Below, one piece after another: positions 10,301 to 21,300 of a DNA stretch of 64,000 bases. The position numbers and the translations under genes were made by a program. The stretch's first letter is position 1. Every line of letters begins with the position of its first letter. The DNA lies in the NCBI RefSeq assembly GCF_055900595.2, contig NZ_CM148325.1, one strand, 5' to 3'. The notes beneath the pieces were generated by a model that worked only from the letters and a program-made list of their open reading frames with translations, ran no database searches and was not told the DNA's origin.

Positions 10301-12251
10301 CGGCAATGTACATTTTCACCCGCTGTAACTCCTGGGTGTAACGATCCTGCGGAATACGGCGACCTTCCGCCTGCTGCTTGTGGAACAGATACGCTTCCGC
10401 CAGCTGGTTGATGGCTTCGTTAAGGAACGCCGCGCTGCCCATCGCCGGTTCGCACACGGTGAGGTTTAAGATGGCATCAGCTTTGGCGTGCGGATCGCTA
10501 ATGGGATCAATCTGCTCCTTAAACAGTTCTTTCAGGGCATATTTAACCAGTGAGCGGGTCAGCACTTCCGGGGTGTAATAAGAGGCAGATTTCTCACGGT
10601 CGCGCCCGGCCATACGGTAGATAAAACTGCCTTTGCGGTGAATGCGCAGACTGCCGTCTTTCTCGTAGACCTTCTCGTCTTCGTGGTATTTGCCAATCTC
10701 ATCCTTACTGACGAAGTAACCCGTCTCCAGCTCGTTAAACTCTTCCCCGGCTTTCTTCACCTCGTAGAGATCTTCGCTGGCGAAGAATCCGCGATAGGAA
10801 AGCAGCGCCTCATACACCGCACCTAACTGGTTGATACCCAACTGGCGATAAGAAATACGTCCGCGGCGGTTAAAGCGCCCTTTGCCCGGGCGGCTTAACG
10901 ACATCGCCTGGATAATCTGTTGCAGGGTTTCGTTACGGAATACCACGCGGTTAAGAATGCGGGTGTTGTTGGCATCGAAAAGATGACTTTCCAGACGCGG
11001 GACGCTGAACTGATGACTATGGATGGTGATCCGGTCGCCGCTCTCCAGGTCACTCTGTATTTTCACGCCGCCGTTGTAGCCTTCGCGCACCAGTTTAAAC
11101 AGCATATTCAGGCTGTCGTGGAAGTAGCGCCCGTTGCGATCTTCTTCGCTGGTCAGCGGGATCATCTCCAGATCGCGCAACGTTTCCAGGCTGTAACCTT
11201 GCAGATAGGTTTTGGCGGTCATTGGCGCATAACCCAGCTCCGGGCGCGCTTCAATGTAGAACAGGAACAGCAGGCGGTACATGTAACGCAGACATTCGCG
11301 GCTCAGTTCATCCGGGTCCACCGCACGGTTACCGGTATAGTTTGCCAGGCCACGGTCGATCAGATAATGCATCGCTTCGTTGCCCAGCAGCTCAATACTT
11401 TCGCGCAGGGCATATTTCAGATCTTCCGAAACACCAAACGCATGTTTGTGCGAATTGTCATCCAGCGAGTCAAGATAAGGTGCCCCACTGCCCGGCAGCA
11501 GCGAATCTTTATGTAGCAACACTGCCGTCGCTTTCAGCGTATCCGTTTCACGACGACTTAAAATCTCTTCAAAATCAAAACGTAGCAGACGGTTTTGCGC
11601 CCACTTAGTACGGTCCAACAACAATAGCTGACGGTTACCGAGCAGCAGCACAAAACGCGGCGGTTCATTTTGAGTGAAGACCGCCGTAGAGAGCAGATCC
11701 TGCCAGCTGCGATATTCACCGTTGGCTTTTTTGCGCAGGCTGTCGCGCTTATGTTTGTCGGTATCCGCCGGGAATTGCGCGGTCAGTAAAGAGAGCGCCA
11801 GCGGATCCAGCGTTCCTTCTTCCTGATCGTGTGCTTCAACAATCCACAGCCACGGGCTACCGTCAGTGCTGTTGTAACGCGCCAGTACCGGCAGTGGTGT
11901 ATCGTCATCCAGCATTTGGATCTGCGGCGTAATTTCGTAGCCCAGCGCCTTTAACAATGGCTGCCAGCGATTACGTTGATCGGCCAGACGCTGCGGGATC
12001 TGACGCTGTTTTTCGTGCTCGGCAAGTTTGCGGAAAAACTCAGTCGCCAGACTGTTAAACTGGTTCCACGGAGCGCGGTATCCCGGCTCTACGTCTTTGC
12101 CCTGTTCACGAGCGGCACGCTCCGCTTCACGCGCTGCATTTTCCTGGGCTATCCAGGGTTCCAGCACATCGCGGATATCACTGGTGAATACCTCACCCAA
12201 ATAGTGGTTAGAGTAAAATTCGTTTTCGTTATTAATACCGACCAGCGCCAT
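7329..12251 (-). CDS. Large N6-adenine DNA methyltransferase (Eco57I/type IIG-like gamma class), 1640 aa
   Basis: AdoMet motif I-like VCEPAMGSAAFLNEA; catalytic-type motif GNPPWLK; HCGNSLVG motif; long N- and C-terminal extensions; start 2 nt after upstream stop. Confidence 0.65.
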   Translation of the reverse strand: MALVGINNENEFYSNHYLGEVFTSDIRDVLEPWIAQENAAREAERAAREQGKDVEPGYRAPWNQFNSLATEFFRKLAEHEKQRQIPQRLADQRNRWQPLLKALGYEITPQIQMLDDDTPLPVLARYNSTDGSPWLWIVEAHDQEEGTLDPLALSLLTAQFPADTDKHKRDSLRKKANGEYRSWQDLLSTAVFTQNEPPRFVLLLGNRQLLLLDRTKWAQNRLLRFDFEEILSRRETDTLKATAVLLHKDSLLPGSGAPYLDSLDDNSHKHAFGVSEDLKYALRESIELLGNEAMHYLIDRGLANYTGNRAVDPDELSRECLRYMYRLLFLFYIEARPELGYAPMTAKTYLQGYSLETLRDLEMIPLTSEEDRNGRYFHDSLNMLFKLVREGYNGGVKIQSDLESGDRITIHSHQFSVPRLESHLFDANNTRILNRVVFRNETLQQIIQAMSLSRPGKGRFNRRGRISYRQLGINQLGAVYEALLSYRGFFASEDLYEVKKAGEEFNELETGYFVSKDEIGKYHEDEKVYEKDGSLRIHRKGSFIYRMAGRDREKSASYYTPEVLTRSLVKYALKELFKEQIDPISDPHAKADAILNLTVCEPAMGSAAFLNEAINQLAEAYLFHKQQAEGRRIPQDRYTQELQRVKMYIADNNVFGVDLNPVAVELAEVSLWLNAISGDAFVPWFGYQLHCGNSLVGARRQVFNKSELTYKKAKDPSWLNSEPVELAMNTPREETQIFHFLLPDGGMANYSDKTVKQRYPDDFKALDSWRKEFIKSFAGHEIADVQRISEKVEALWNTYRQQLKAERLKTADSYPVWPAENSEQTRSSLSSKDETFSGRLEDNSAYQKLRWVMDYWCALWFWPIDKADELPDRGTWLFEIETLLDGIVITEKVTEVAEHTTGDLFAEDGLLREESSLFSVAGRLKTEVLFRHLPRLAIVDALRKQHRFFHWDLEFCDLFAERGGFDLMLGNPPWLKVEWQEAGVLGDYEPEFVLRKLSASKLATLRIDTFNQIPALEAAWRSEYEGCEGMQNFLNAQQNYPVLRGVQTNLYKCFLPQAWRLGAEKGVAGFLHPEGIYDDPKGGQLRASVYPRLRAHFQFINETKLFTEVHNQTLFSINVYGPYSQIVAFSNIANLFIPQTIDACFEHKGEGIVPGIKEETEIDGKIKVKWNFQGHFDRVLHVNLKQLGLFSRLYDSAGTTAHEARLPALHATQLVAVLEKFAKQPRRLGDLQGQYYSLEMWHETNQQSDGTIERHTQFPEEASQWVLSGPHFFVGNPFYNTPRAVCDTNKAYDNLELLTLPDDYLPRTNYIPACDAQEYAKRTPRVSWKEQDEDEPRKVTDYYRFVNRRMFGASSERSMISSIVPKHVAHIHPVLSTTFREPINLLSFSAFCHSIVADFYLKTTGRADVYESTLRGFPYVELMSANSRALALNVLTKDYADLWQSCYTPDFNTQRWSRDLPPLPQDFFTNLTPEWQRNCALRSDYSRRQALVEIDVLVAQALGLTLEELLTIYRVQFPVMRQYEADTWYDQNGRIIFTPSKGLVGVGLPRTARKADLKNGFVFNVDSPDWTGGDCTDQAIGWDDVKHLQTGTVSVTFDDYTRSDEGERRTVTWQAPFIKPDREDDYKVAWAFFAQDKESA

Positions 12252-12253
12252 GA

Positions 12254-15112
12254 TTAACCCTCCGCTCCGGTGATAACAGCAATTACCTGAATGTAGGGTT
12301 CTTTTTCAGTCGTCATGGTGTCCTCAATCCATTCGATATAGCTGTCAAAATTGTGTTCGATTTCGCGTTGTCTCTGCTCTTTACGGCTCTGCTTAACTGA
12401 CAATTGCTGTTTGTTATCGGCAAAATCCAGCTCAAGTTGGCTCAACTGCCGCCCACGCAAAACGTCCAGCTTTTGCAGATGCTCATTCAGTTGCTGGTTA
12501 ATGTGCGTTTCAAACGCATTCCGATCATGGATGAATACCTCCCGGGCATGAGCAATAGCCGCTTCCAGTAAATCCTGCTGGCGCTGGTGATTACGATCTT
12601 TACCGCCGCTGTTAGTCAGCTTGTTACTCAACTGCGGATGACGTTGTAAAAACTCAGCGAATGGCTGACTGCCGATTAGCGATTCACGGTTAAAGCTCAC
12701 CACTATCCACGGGTTCACCATCGGATGTGATTTACGGTTCGGGAATAACCCGGAAAGAATGAAGTGATCTTCATCGGGTTCAAGCAGGTATGGCAGACGG
12801 ATAACCGGTGCCTGATGACGACCAAAAGCCGAAGAGATTTTATCGTCCAGCCACTGCACTACCGGGTTGATTTGCCAGAGATACTGCACATCGGGCCAGG
12901 CATGTTGCTCACCGCGAGCGCGTGCAATCGCGTCGGTGATGACGGTTTTATCCTGACTTAAAAAGAGCTGCCAGTTCTCCGGGGCGATTTCAGGCGGTAG
13001 CTGGTTGAAGCGGCGGCGTAACTCCTCCGGTGCCACCAGCGACAAGGTATTATCAGGCAAGGTTTCATACTGGATAGTTTGACCACTGGCTTTCAGGTAA
13101 CCCAATGCTCTTTCACAGTACGCCTGTTCGCTGGCAAACAAGCTGGTGTCTGTTTCGATGACCATTGAGGCATCGCTGGAAACCGCACTGCATATTTCGC
13201 CAAACAGATCGTGTTCGGCGCTTTCCGAGACGTTGCTGTTCAGCAGTTGATCAAACAGGCTGGCACCATCATCCTGCATCATGAACTCTGCAACCTGCTC
13301 TTCTTCCTCTTCCTGGGTAAATTTGCCGGTAAACTCCGAACTGTCCCCAATGTTCTTCTGCGCCTGTTCGTCTTTGTTGATCAACACTTCCAGTACGCGC
13401 ATATCGCCATTGATCTGCGGTTCGCTGGCCTCGGTAAGCAGATAGCGGATTTGAGGCTGATGTTTTTGCCCATAGCGGTCAATACGCCCGTTACGTTGCT
13501 GGAATACCATCAACGACCACGGAATATCAAAGTGAATCATTTTGTGGCTAAGGTGATGCAGGTTGATCCCTTCAGATGCCACATCCGAACAAACCAGAAG
13601 ACGCAACGGCGACTGCGTTTTACCAAAGGCTTCTACGGTTTCCATCAACACCGTATCGCCCTGATCGCCGCGCAGCGTGGCGATCTGATCATCTTTCAAT
13701 TTCAGATCCGCTCGCAGTTGCTGTTCGAGGAACTCCAGCGTTTTAATGCTTTCGGTGAAGATCACCAGGCGATCTTCCGTGTTATTGGCTTTCCAGGCGA
13801 GGTCTTTTCGGATGGTGTCGAGCAGCAACTGGTATTTGCTAAACTGGCTGGCATCAATGTTATTCAGCGCCAACAGCAATGACTCCAGTTCGTTGATCTG
13901 GCTCTGGCTATTATGATCTTTACGGCTCTCAAGACGCTTCAGACGATTAGCCACTACGCTGGCACACGCCATCGGGCTGGAAAATAGCGCTTTTTCGAGG
14001 GTTATCTTGAACAGACGACCTTTGTTAGACTGGGCCTGTTCATCGTCATCATCACGGAACTGACTCTCAACCAGGCGACGGTATGCTTCTTCTTCGGCAC
14101 CGGATGCCAGGCGAGTCAGTTTGACAATATTGCGCTCGGGGAACTCGCCAGACATCTGATCTTTCACGTCTTTTTTGAAGCGACGGACAACCAGATTTTT
14201 ATCGGCAAAGTCGGCGTATTCATACTCTTTCGGGTTGGCGATCGCCGTCGGGTCAAGCATGTTCATCAGGCTGGCAAAACTTTCAGCTTTACCATCATGC
14301 GGCGTTGCTGAAAGCATAATCAGCGTATCGCTGCGCCCGGCGAGCAGTTTTGCCAGTTTACTGCGTAACGAACTGGTTCCACGTTCTGCGACGTTATGGG
14401 CCTCATCAATGACAATAATATCCCACCAGGCATTTTCCAGATGGTGACGATATTCAATATCTTGTTTCAGCGTATCGATGGAGATAATGGTCTTGTCAAA
14501 ATAGTGGAACGGGTTGTGGTTGGTAGGGATGCGGTTACGCACTTTTTGTAAACCAGCAGAATCCAGGCGGGTCAATGGGATCGCAAAACGGCTCCAGAAC
14601 TCCTTCTGGAATTGTGTCAGCATCGATTTAACCGCCAGAACCAGAATACGTTTTCCGCGCCCACGACGGATCAGTTCCGAAACCAGAATACCCGCTTCCA
14701 GCGTTTTACCCAGACCGACAGCGTCGGCAATGAGTATCCGCTGACGCGGTTGTGCCAGCGCCATCCGCGTAGGATCGAGCTGAAACGGCATGGAATCCAT
14801 CGCCGCCAGATGTCCAAAATGGACTTTACTGTCTGTCGGTACGCGTTGGCGTAACTGACTTTCAATATACAACTGTGCCGCCTGATAATTGGCGGATTCA
14901 TCTTCCACCAAATGCGTTTTTGCGGGATCAAGGATCTCTACTTTTTGTTCCAGTTTGGTCAGAAATAACCCTTCTTTACCGCGCACAAGCTCTGAAATAC
15001 CATCGCAGGTCAGCAAATACCCACCATCACCACTGTCATCCGCCCGGCGAATACGCCATTCGGCATCACGAATAACCACCCGCATACCAGGTGCATAATT
15101 TTGCTTATTCAT
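12254..15112 (-). CDS. SNF2-family (SF2) helicase/ATPase, 952 aa
   Basis: Walker A ADAVGLGKT, DEAH box IVIDEAHNV, helicase-C region with QQRNGRIDRYGQ; first gene of the coupled operon. Confidence 0.7.
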   Translation of the reverse strand: MNKQNYAPGMRVVIRDAEWRIRRADDSGDGGYLLTCDGISELVRGKEGLFLTKLEQKVEILDPAKTHLVEDESANYQAAQLYIESQLRQRVPTDSKVHFGHLAAMDSMPFQLDPTRMALAQPRQRILIADAVGLGKTLEAGILVSELIRRGRGKRILVLAVKSMLTQFQKEFWSRFAIPLTRLDSAGLQKVRNRIPTNHNPFHYFDKTIISIDTLKQDIEYRHHLENAWWDIIVIDEAHNVAERGTSSLRSKLAKLLAGRSDTLIMLSATPHDGKAESFASLMNMLDPTAIANPKEYEYADFADKNLVVRRFKKDVKDQMSGEFPERNIVKLTRLASGAEEEAYRRLVESQFRDDDDEQAQSNKGRLFKITLEKALFSSPMACASVVANRLKRLESRKDHNSQSQINELESLLLALNNIDASQFSKYQLLLDTIRKDLAWKANNTEDRLVIFTESIKTLEFLEQQLRADLKLKDDQIATLRGDQGDTVLMETVEAFGKTQSPLRLLVCSDVASEGINLHHLSHKMIHFDIPWSLMVFQQRNGRIDRYGQKHQPQIRYLLTEASEPQINGDMRVLEVLINKDEQAQKNIGDSSEFTGKFTQEEEEEQVAEFMMQDDGASLFDQLLNSNVSESAEHDLFGEICSAVSSDASMVIETDTSLFASEQAYCERALGYLKASGQTIQYETLPDNTLSLVAPEELRRRFNQLPPEIAPENWQLFLSQDKTVITDAIARARGEQHAWPDVQYLWQINPVVQWLDDKISSAFGRHQAPVIRLPYLLEPDEDHFILSGLFPNRKSHPMVNPWIVVSFNRESLIGSQPFAEFLQRHPQLSNKLTNSGGKDRNHQRQQDLLEAAIAHAREVFIHDRNAFETHINQQLNEHLQKLDVLRGRQLSQLELDFADNKQQLSVKQSRKEQRQREIEHNFDSYIEWIEDTMTTEKEPYIQVIAVITGAEG

Positions 15113-15182
15113 CGGTTTTTCTGTCTATTTGGGGCAGTGGCGGTAACGTCATCCTGAAAAATGTGGCGCGGCACACTGCGAT

Positions 15183-15216
15183 AAAAAAGAGGGCCTTAAA
15201 GATATCATGAAGGCCC
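15183..15216 (-). terminator. Putative rho-independent terminator downstream of the DruE-like gene
   Basis: Plus-strand AAAAAA run (15183..15188) followed by hairpin gggcctt / aaggccc (15191..15216); on the minus strand this reads as a stem-loop followed by a T-run. Confidence 0.4.
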
Positions 15217-15335
15217 CCGGCAAAGTGACAAAATGGGAGGGAATGCGCATAATTTGCGCATGATTTTCAAACAAAAATTATTAAAAAGTGAGCTGGGTCA
15301 ACTCCCCTGGAAGATATCCCCAGGGGAGCAATTAT

Positions 15336-18300
15336 TTATCCAGCGATAACATAACTCCTAAGGTCATTACCCGGGGCAACAGCTCGCGCTCGCGTGTTTG
15401 CCAGCCGTTCAACTTGCTGCGGTACTCGCAGAGCAAAATCAAAGAAGGTGTCTTCAATACAGCGCCAGTAGCTAAGCCCCATGTCGAGCAGGACATAATG
15501 CTGACTGCCATCGCTGAAGGTGACTGTCAGTTCTCGTCCATGCTCCGTACTCTGGTTATCCCCCGTTAACCAGCTAATTGCTCCCGGCCACGCAGGCCCC
15601 AGATATCCTTCTTCAAGTAAAGTGGTCACAACCTGCTGACGATCTTCCTCATTAAGCCACGCGTTATAGAGAGCGTTGTGTTGGCGAGAGTTGTAATCCA
15701 ATTTTTTGACGCAAACAGTGAGGCTGGCGCGTTCCGCCATTCCCTGTTCAACCAGCTCGGTTAAGATTTCACCTAACATACGCGCCGTGAATGGGCTATT
15801 AAGATAACGATCGCTGTACTCAACATGCGTTATCTCTTTGTGGCGGGTAAATGCCTGCTTCCAGCCAGCGTGCTGTTGCGTGACTAACGACCAGAAACGC
15901 GAACCAAACCCTTCCAGCGGCCCGTCCAGTTGCTCGCAGAGGTTGATGCGCACCGCCCCGGTGGGTAAGGCGGGCAGTAAATCTTCTGCACTTAAGGTCT
16001 GACCCGAGAAGGTTTTTCCGGACGTTCCTTTAAGTGTCACTACTGGTGAGGACGCACTTTGTCCCCATAATTCACCAGGTGCAACGGTAGCGCTGTCGTC
16101 TGCGGCCCACTGTTGGCTTTGCCCTTCGCGAGTCACCTGCGCAAGCCAGCGCCCCTTTCCTTGCATGAGTTGCGCAGTGGCAATGGATTTCACTTGTAAG
16201 CGTCCTCCCGGCATCGCCGCCAACGCGGAAAGCTGATGTCTGGAGCTATCAGTTAAGTTTTCCAGCGGCGTGGCCACCAGCAACTCAACATTCCCACCGG
16301 AGGAGGCAAACTGGAGCAACTCTTTAAATAATGGCCATTGGGCAAAGTCCCACTGTTCCTGCGGCCCCGCAAGAACCAGCGAGCAGGAGTCATAAATCTC
16401 GCTGTTCAGGCATTGCGCAATACGTAAACTCAGAGGGTTAGTTTCAACCCGGCTACCATCGACGAAGTACTGATATTCTGGCGCGAGGTTAAGTCGCTGC
16501 AACCGTACATTGGTAAGCAGGGTTAATGCATGGTGACGATCTAATCTGTTGACATAATGCTGACTGTCGTAGCTGAGCAAGCAGTGGTGACAGAATTTAT
16601 CGCAACTGCAATCGAGCAATTTTCTGGCGTAATTAAAGACATCAGCCCAATGGTCGATCAATTGCACTGCATAACCTGCACCACCCGCATTATTGTCGTA
16701 AATGAAGATGGAATATCCGGTATAGCCATTGATATCGCGCGCTTGCTGCGTCGTCACGCCCAGCTCAGTATTTTCGATACCCAATTTATGCGCTAACCCT
16801 TCACGCAAAGCGACCGCAAGGGAACGCGCGGCAACCTCATCACGGATCAACAGGCCATTATCATCATTGAGTTGCAGCTCAACCATATCTGTACGACTGC
16901 TATACCCCAACCACAGATCTTTATGCACATGACCGTGGCACAATTTATTGCTCCCCTGACGATCGTTACTGCCCCCTCGCAACAGGTAATGCGTATTTTC
17001 CCGCTCTGGGTTCTTTAGATTTTCAGGGGTACGCTGGGGTTGAGTTTGAGATTCTGCCCGACCACATGAGAGGCAAATTGCGTAGCCGTGCCCAAATTCC
17101 CCTTCACTGAAGTGGAACAATTCCCCACTATGGCTAAAACGGTAACGTCCTAGCCCAGCATCGGGTAAAGAAACCCACACCGAAGACGGTACAAGAACAC
17201 GTGGATCTTTCCAGGGAAGTTGTGCAGGCATGGATACATCATTATGTGCCTGATAACGAATATCTGTCGCAAAACCAACAGGCTGTAAATAACGCTTCAC
17301 ATCAAGTTGCTGTATATCCGCTTTGCAGTGACTACATTCGACAGGATGGGTAGCACTGGTTGCCCCCGCACCACATTTACGGCAATGCCAGAACCACGGA
17401 ATATGATGATCGCCTGACAGCTCCTGCCCGCTGGCAAGTACCTTGCCAAGCATAATGCCCGAGGAACGATATACTTTTCCGCCCAATACCACATCTGCAC
17501 CAGGCGCATACTCGCGTAATGCTGTAGGTAGATCACGGCAGGGCAATTTTTCAATACGACGAGAAAAGCTTTCTCCCCCTTCATTAGGGTCAGCCTGAGT
17601 AGCTTTTATTGCGCGACGTTTTTCCAGCTCATCTGCCGTCAGATAATTGAAATTGACGACACCAACCGGGAAACCATGCCCTGGCAGGAACGCTTCACTA
17701 ATGAGTTTAGAAAACAGATATGCACCGCGATAATCACGAAGCTGATAAGCGATGGCTTTACCTGCTGGCGTTTCTTCCCACGCGCTGTTATCCGCTTTCA
17801 ACGCTTCGATATTTTCCAACAGTATCGCAAGTTGGCTTCTCCAGCGGATATCAACCTGCTGCATCATTGCTTGTGTGCGGGTCAAGAGCTGGGTTGCCGT
17901 CAATGACATCAGGACGGTTCCCTGAGTAAGGCGTTTAAGTTTATCCGCCAGCTGATCGGCCTGGTTATTTAACCAATGGAGAAAACGAAGACACTGGCTC
18001 TCATCACCTTCAAAGAACCATTTGCAACTCAGTTTTGTCGCATCAGGAACTTCAGCTCGTAAAAACAGACCTAAAACCAGGGCATTAACATGTCGTTGAA
18101 CAATACTGCTGCTCCCAAAACGAACCCGTGGCGCACTGGCAGTAGTGTTGAACGCCCAGAGGGGGTCTTTGAATACCTCCATTCCATGCGCCGTGTTTTT
18201 ACATAACGTAATGGCAGCAGATGCACTCTCTCCACGTCGACCCGCGCGGCCTGCACGCTGCAAATAATTTGCCGGAGCTGGAGGAACGTTGTTCATTGCC

Positions 18301-21300
18301 ACCAAACTCATACCACCAATGTCCACCCCCATCTCCATGGTCGTGGAGCAGTTCAGCACATTAACTTTGCCTGACTTAAATTGTTTTTCATTAAACTGGT
18401 TCTGCTCAGGCGTTCTCTGCGCAGAGTGTTCCTCCAGACGATACCAGCTATCTTTCAGGGCCAGTCGGTCGCTGCGAGTAGACCATAATCCTTCCTCGCG
18501 GGCATGTTGAATCAGCGCATTACTTTCCAGCCACTCCAGGCGTTCTTCTCGGGCGATTTCTCCACCACCAGACAAACGCCAGTGACGTACAGGAAGCTCA
18601 GGCATTTCAATCAACACTGCTTTTTCAGGTGCAATTTCTTTGCTACCCGGCAAATACGGAGAGTATCCCAGCAACGTGACGTCTAACGCACGTCGAGTAT
18701 AGGGGCAACGCCACACTTGCTTTGGACTGTAAAATTCAGCCTGTTGTTTAATATCCAGCTGATAACCCGACTCAAACTGACGTAAGCAGGGTCGAATTGC
18801 ATCCCAGACCTCAATCATTAAGTGGTTAACTAACGATTTCCAGTGAGCCTGCTCAGGTTGTATTGCCGGAAAGACTGCAATTAATAGCTTAATGACCCGG
18901 TTATAATGGCGATCGCGTATTTGTGGCCAAAGTTGATCACGTTTCTGCCCTTTGTTTTTTTTATCTGGACCCTGGAGCATTTTTACCGGGAAACGAGCCC
19001 CCATCCAGCGAGGGTATTGCTCGTTTTCGTAAAAAACGGCACTGTTTTCACGTATAAAGAAATCAAGAGTAATCTTCAATAAATTACGCCATTCCGCTAA
19101 TTGCTTATCGGGATCGGGTAATAATGTCTTCCAGTCCTGCGGGCAGGTTGTAACTTTATCAATAAATGGATAGTGAATGGCTACCAGACCCAGACTTTCG
19201 AGGGTCCAGGCATTTTTAGGGCGGCGACCAAATTCACTGTATAAACAAAAATCTGCAAACTGTTGTTTAGTAAGATCAAGCCCAGACAATTCTTTAAAAC
19301 TGCCTCTCATTCTATCGGCAAGGTCCACACTGCCAACCAGCTGTTCAGACAGTGTTTGCCATGACATGGTTTTCTTCTGCTGATTGCCAGAGTTAGCCTG
19401 GAGTATTTGCATCGCTTCAGCATGATCCGGGCTTAAGGAACTCACCATCGGCTCGATAATTTTAAGTGCCTGAATGTCCGCCGGGCTAAGCTCTTCATTA
19501 GCAACCATCGATTTTTTCAGCGCGTCAATAGAGTTTTTTAAAGGAAGGATAGAAAACTGGGCAATAAAACTCTCTAACAATGCGCAGTGTGCCGGGCTGA
19601 GCTTTGCTGATGGCTCATTAATATTGGCCAACTCCTGGTAGCAAAGAGCTCGCAACGTCGCTTTATCGGCATCCTGCTGTAAGCGGGCAGAAATGCGGGC
19701 AGTGCCCTGACGTGAATCCGTAAAGGTGAGCAGACGTCGACCATTAAACGGTCCTAACTGCTCTTCTCTTGTCTGCGGTAATGGTGAAAACTCCAGCAGA
19801 GTAGGAATAATTTCATTTAAAAAAAAGGGCGCGCCAAGTCGAAGCGGACGGAATAAAGGATTATTTTTTCGTTGGGTGTCACCACAGCAAACACAAGCAA
19901 AGGAATTATTACGTCCCTCACCTCGAGATTCCGGTCTTAACAGGTTTATTTCATAGTGCTTTTGCGCTTCACTATCAATTTTCCCCGCCGTCGTTTCTTC
20001 CAGTGAAATGATATATTTTTCACCATCGCTCGCAATCAGACGATCAAATTGAGAGTTATTGTCTAATTCGTCGTTGTCTTCATCTTCAGAATAAACATCT
20101 ACATCAAGAGCAAACTCATCCACTTCGGCAGCGGCGGGTTGCGCTACCAACCAGTTCGTTCCATCACCGCGCATCTCCTCTTTGGCAGACAAATAAGCTG
20201 AACCACACCCGGAGCAACGTAAAACTTCAAATACCGGCGCACCACAGTCACAATATTGGCGCTGCTCAAACCATACCTGACCAAATGGCCAGTCACTCTG
20301 ATTTAATTCATGTGCTTTATGTGAGCATTGTTTGTTTGAACATGCCCATAGACCCGCCAGTGTTCTGATAAATCCATGCATACGTAATGGCGTAAAAGCC
20401 AGTTCACCTTCTCGCGATCTTGCCATTAGATCGAGGAGTTGCAGTAGCTCACGGTGATTAATATCTGGCCAGGTTCTTCTGGCAACATTGAGCAACTCAC
20501 TCAAACGTACTGCCTGCCGTCCGGGATGAGTTAACGCCTGACGCAATTGCTGGGCCACACGGTAATGACAAAGCTGTTGGTAAAGATCCTGAGGGCTCAG
20601 AGATTTAAGAGAAGTTAAAGATGTGGGGTATTCATGACGAATCAGCGACTCCGATACCCGCGGTATTTGTCGATAGCCGCGAACCACTTTGACATCACGT
20701 TCTGTAACGCCCGCAAGATCAGCGACAAATTTAGCAAGCTCCTTATTACCTTCAGGAGAGTCTTCACCAATAGTGGCAGAGGTCGCGATAATCTGCACAG
20801 GTTTATCTGTGCCAGGTCCAACATTGAAAGCCTGCATAACACGACGTAAAAGCAGCGCTAACTCAGCAGCCTGAGAACCAATATAACTATGGGCTTCATC
20901 CAGGACGATATACTTTAACATCCCCTGAGACTTTTCGATGATTGGGGCATCTTTACGACGAATCAGCATATATTCCAGCATGGTGGTATTCGTCACCATG
21001 ATGGAAGGTGGTGCTTCGTAAATGGCTTCCCGACTCAAAGCTTGTTCAGGTACTTTCAACTGATCTTCCTGAACTTCGTATTTGGTATGCCGGGTTTCGC
21101 CATTATATAGCGCGAAGCGTATTTTCCCCTTAAATCCGCGCGTCCATTCGCGAAGCCGCTCCTGTTGGCTGTTAATTAATGCATTTAACGGATACAAGAA
21201 AATAGCTTGTGTCCCTGTTAGTGACTGACGGGTCGATTTTTGCTGACGAATAAGATCTTCCAGGACCGGTACCATAAAGCATTCTGTTTTCCCGGATCCC

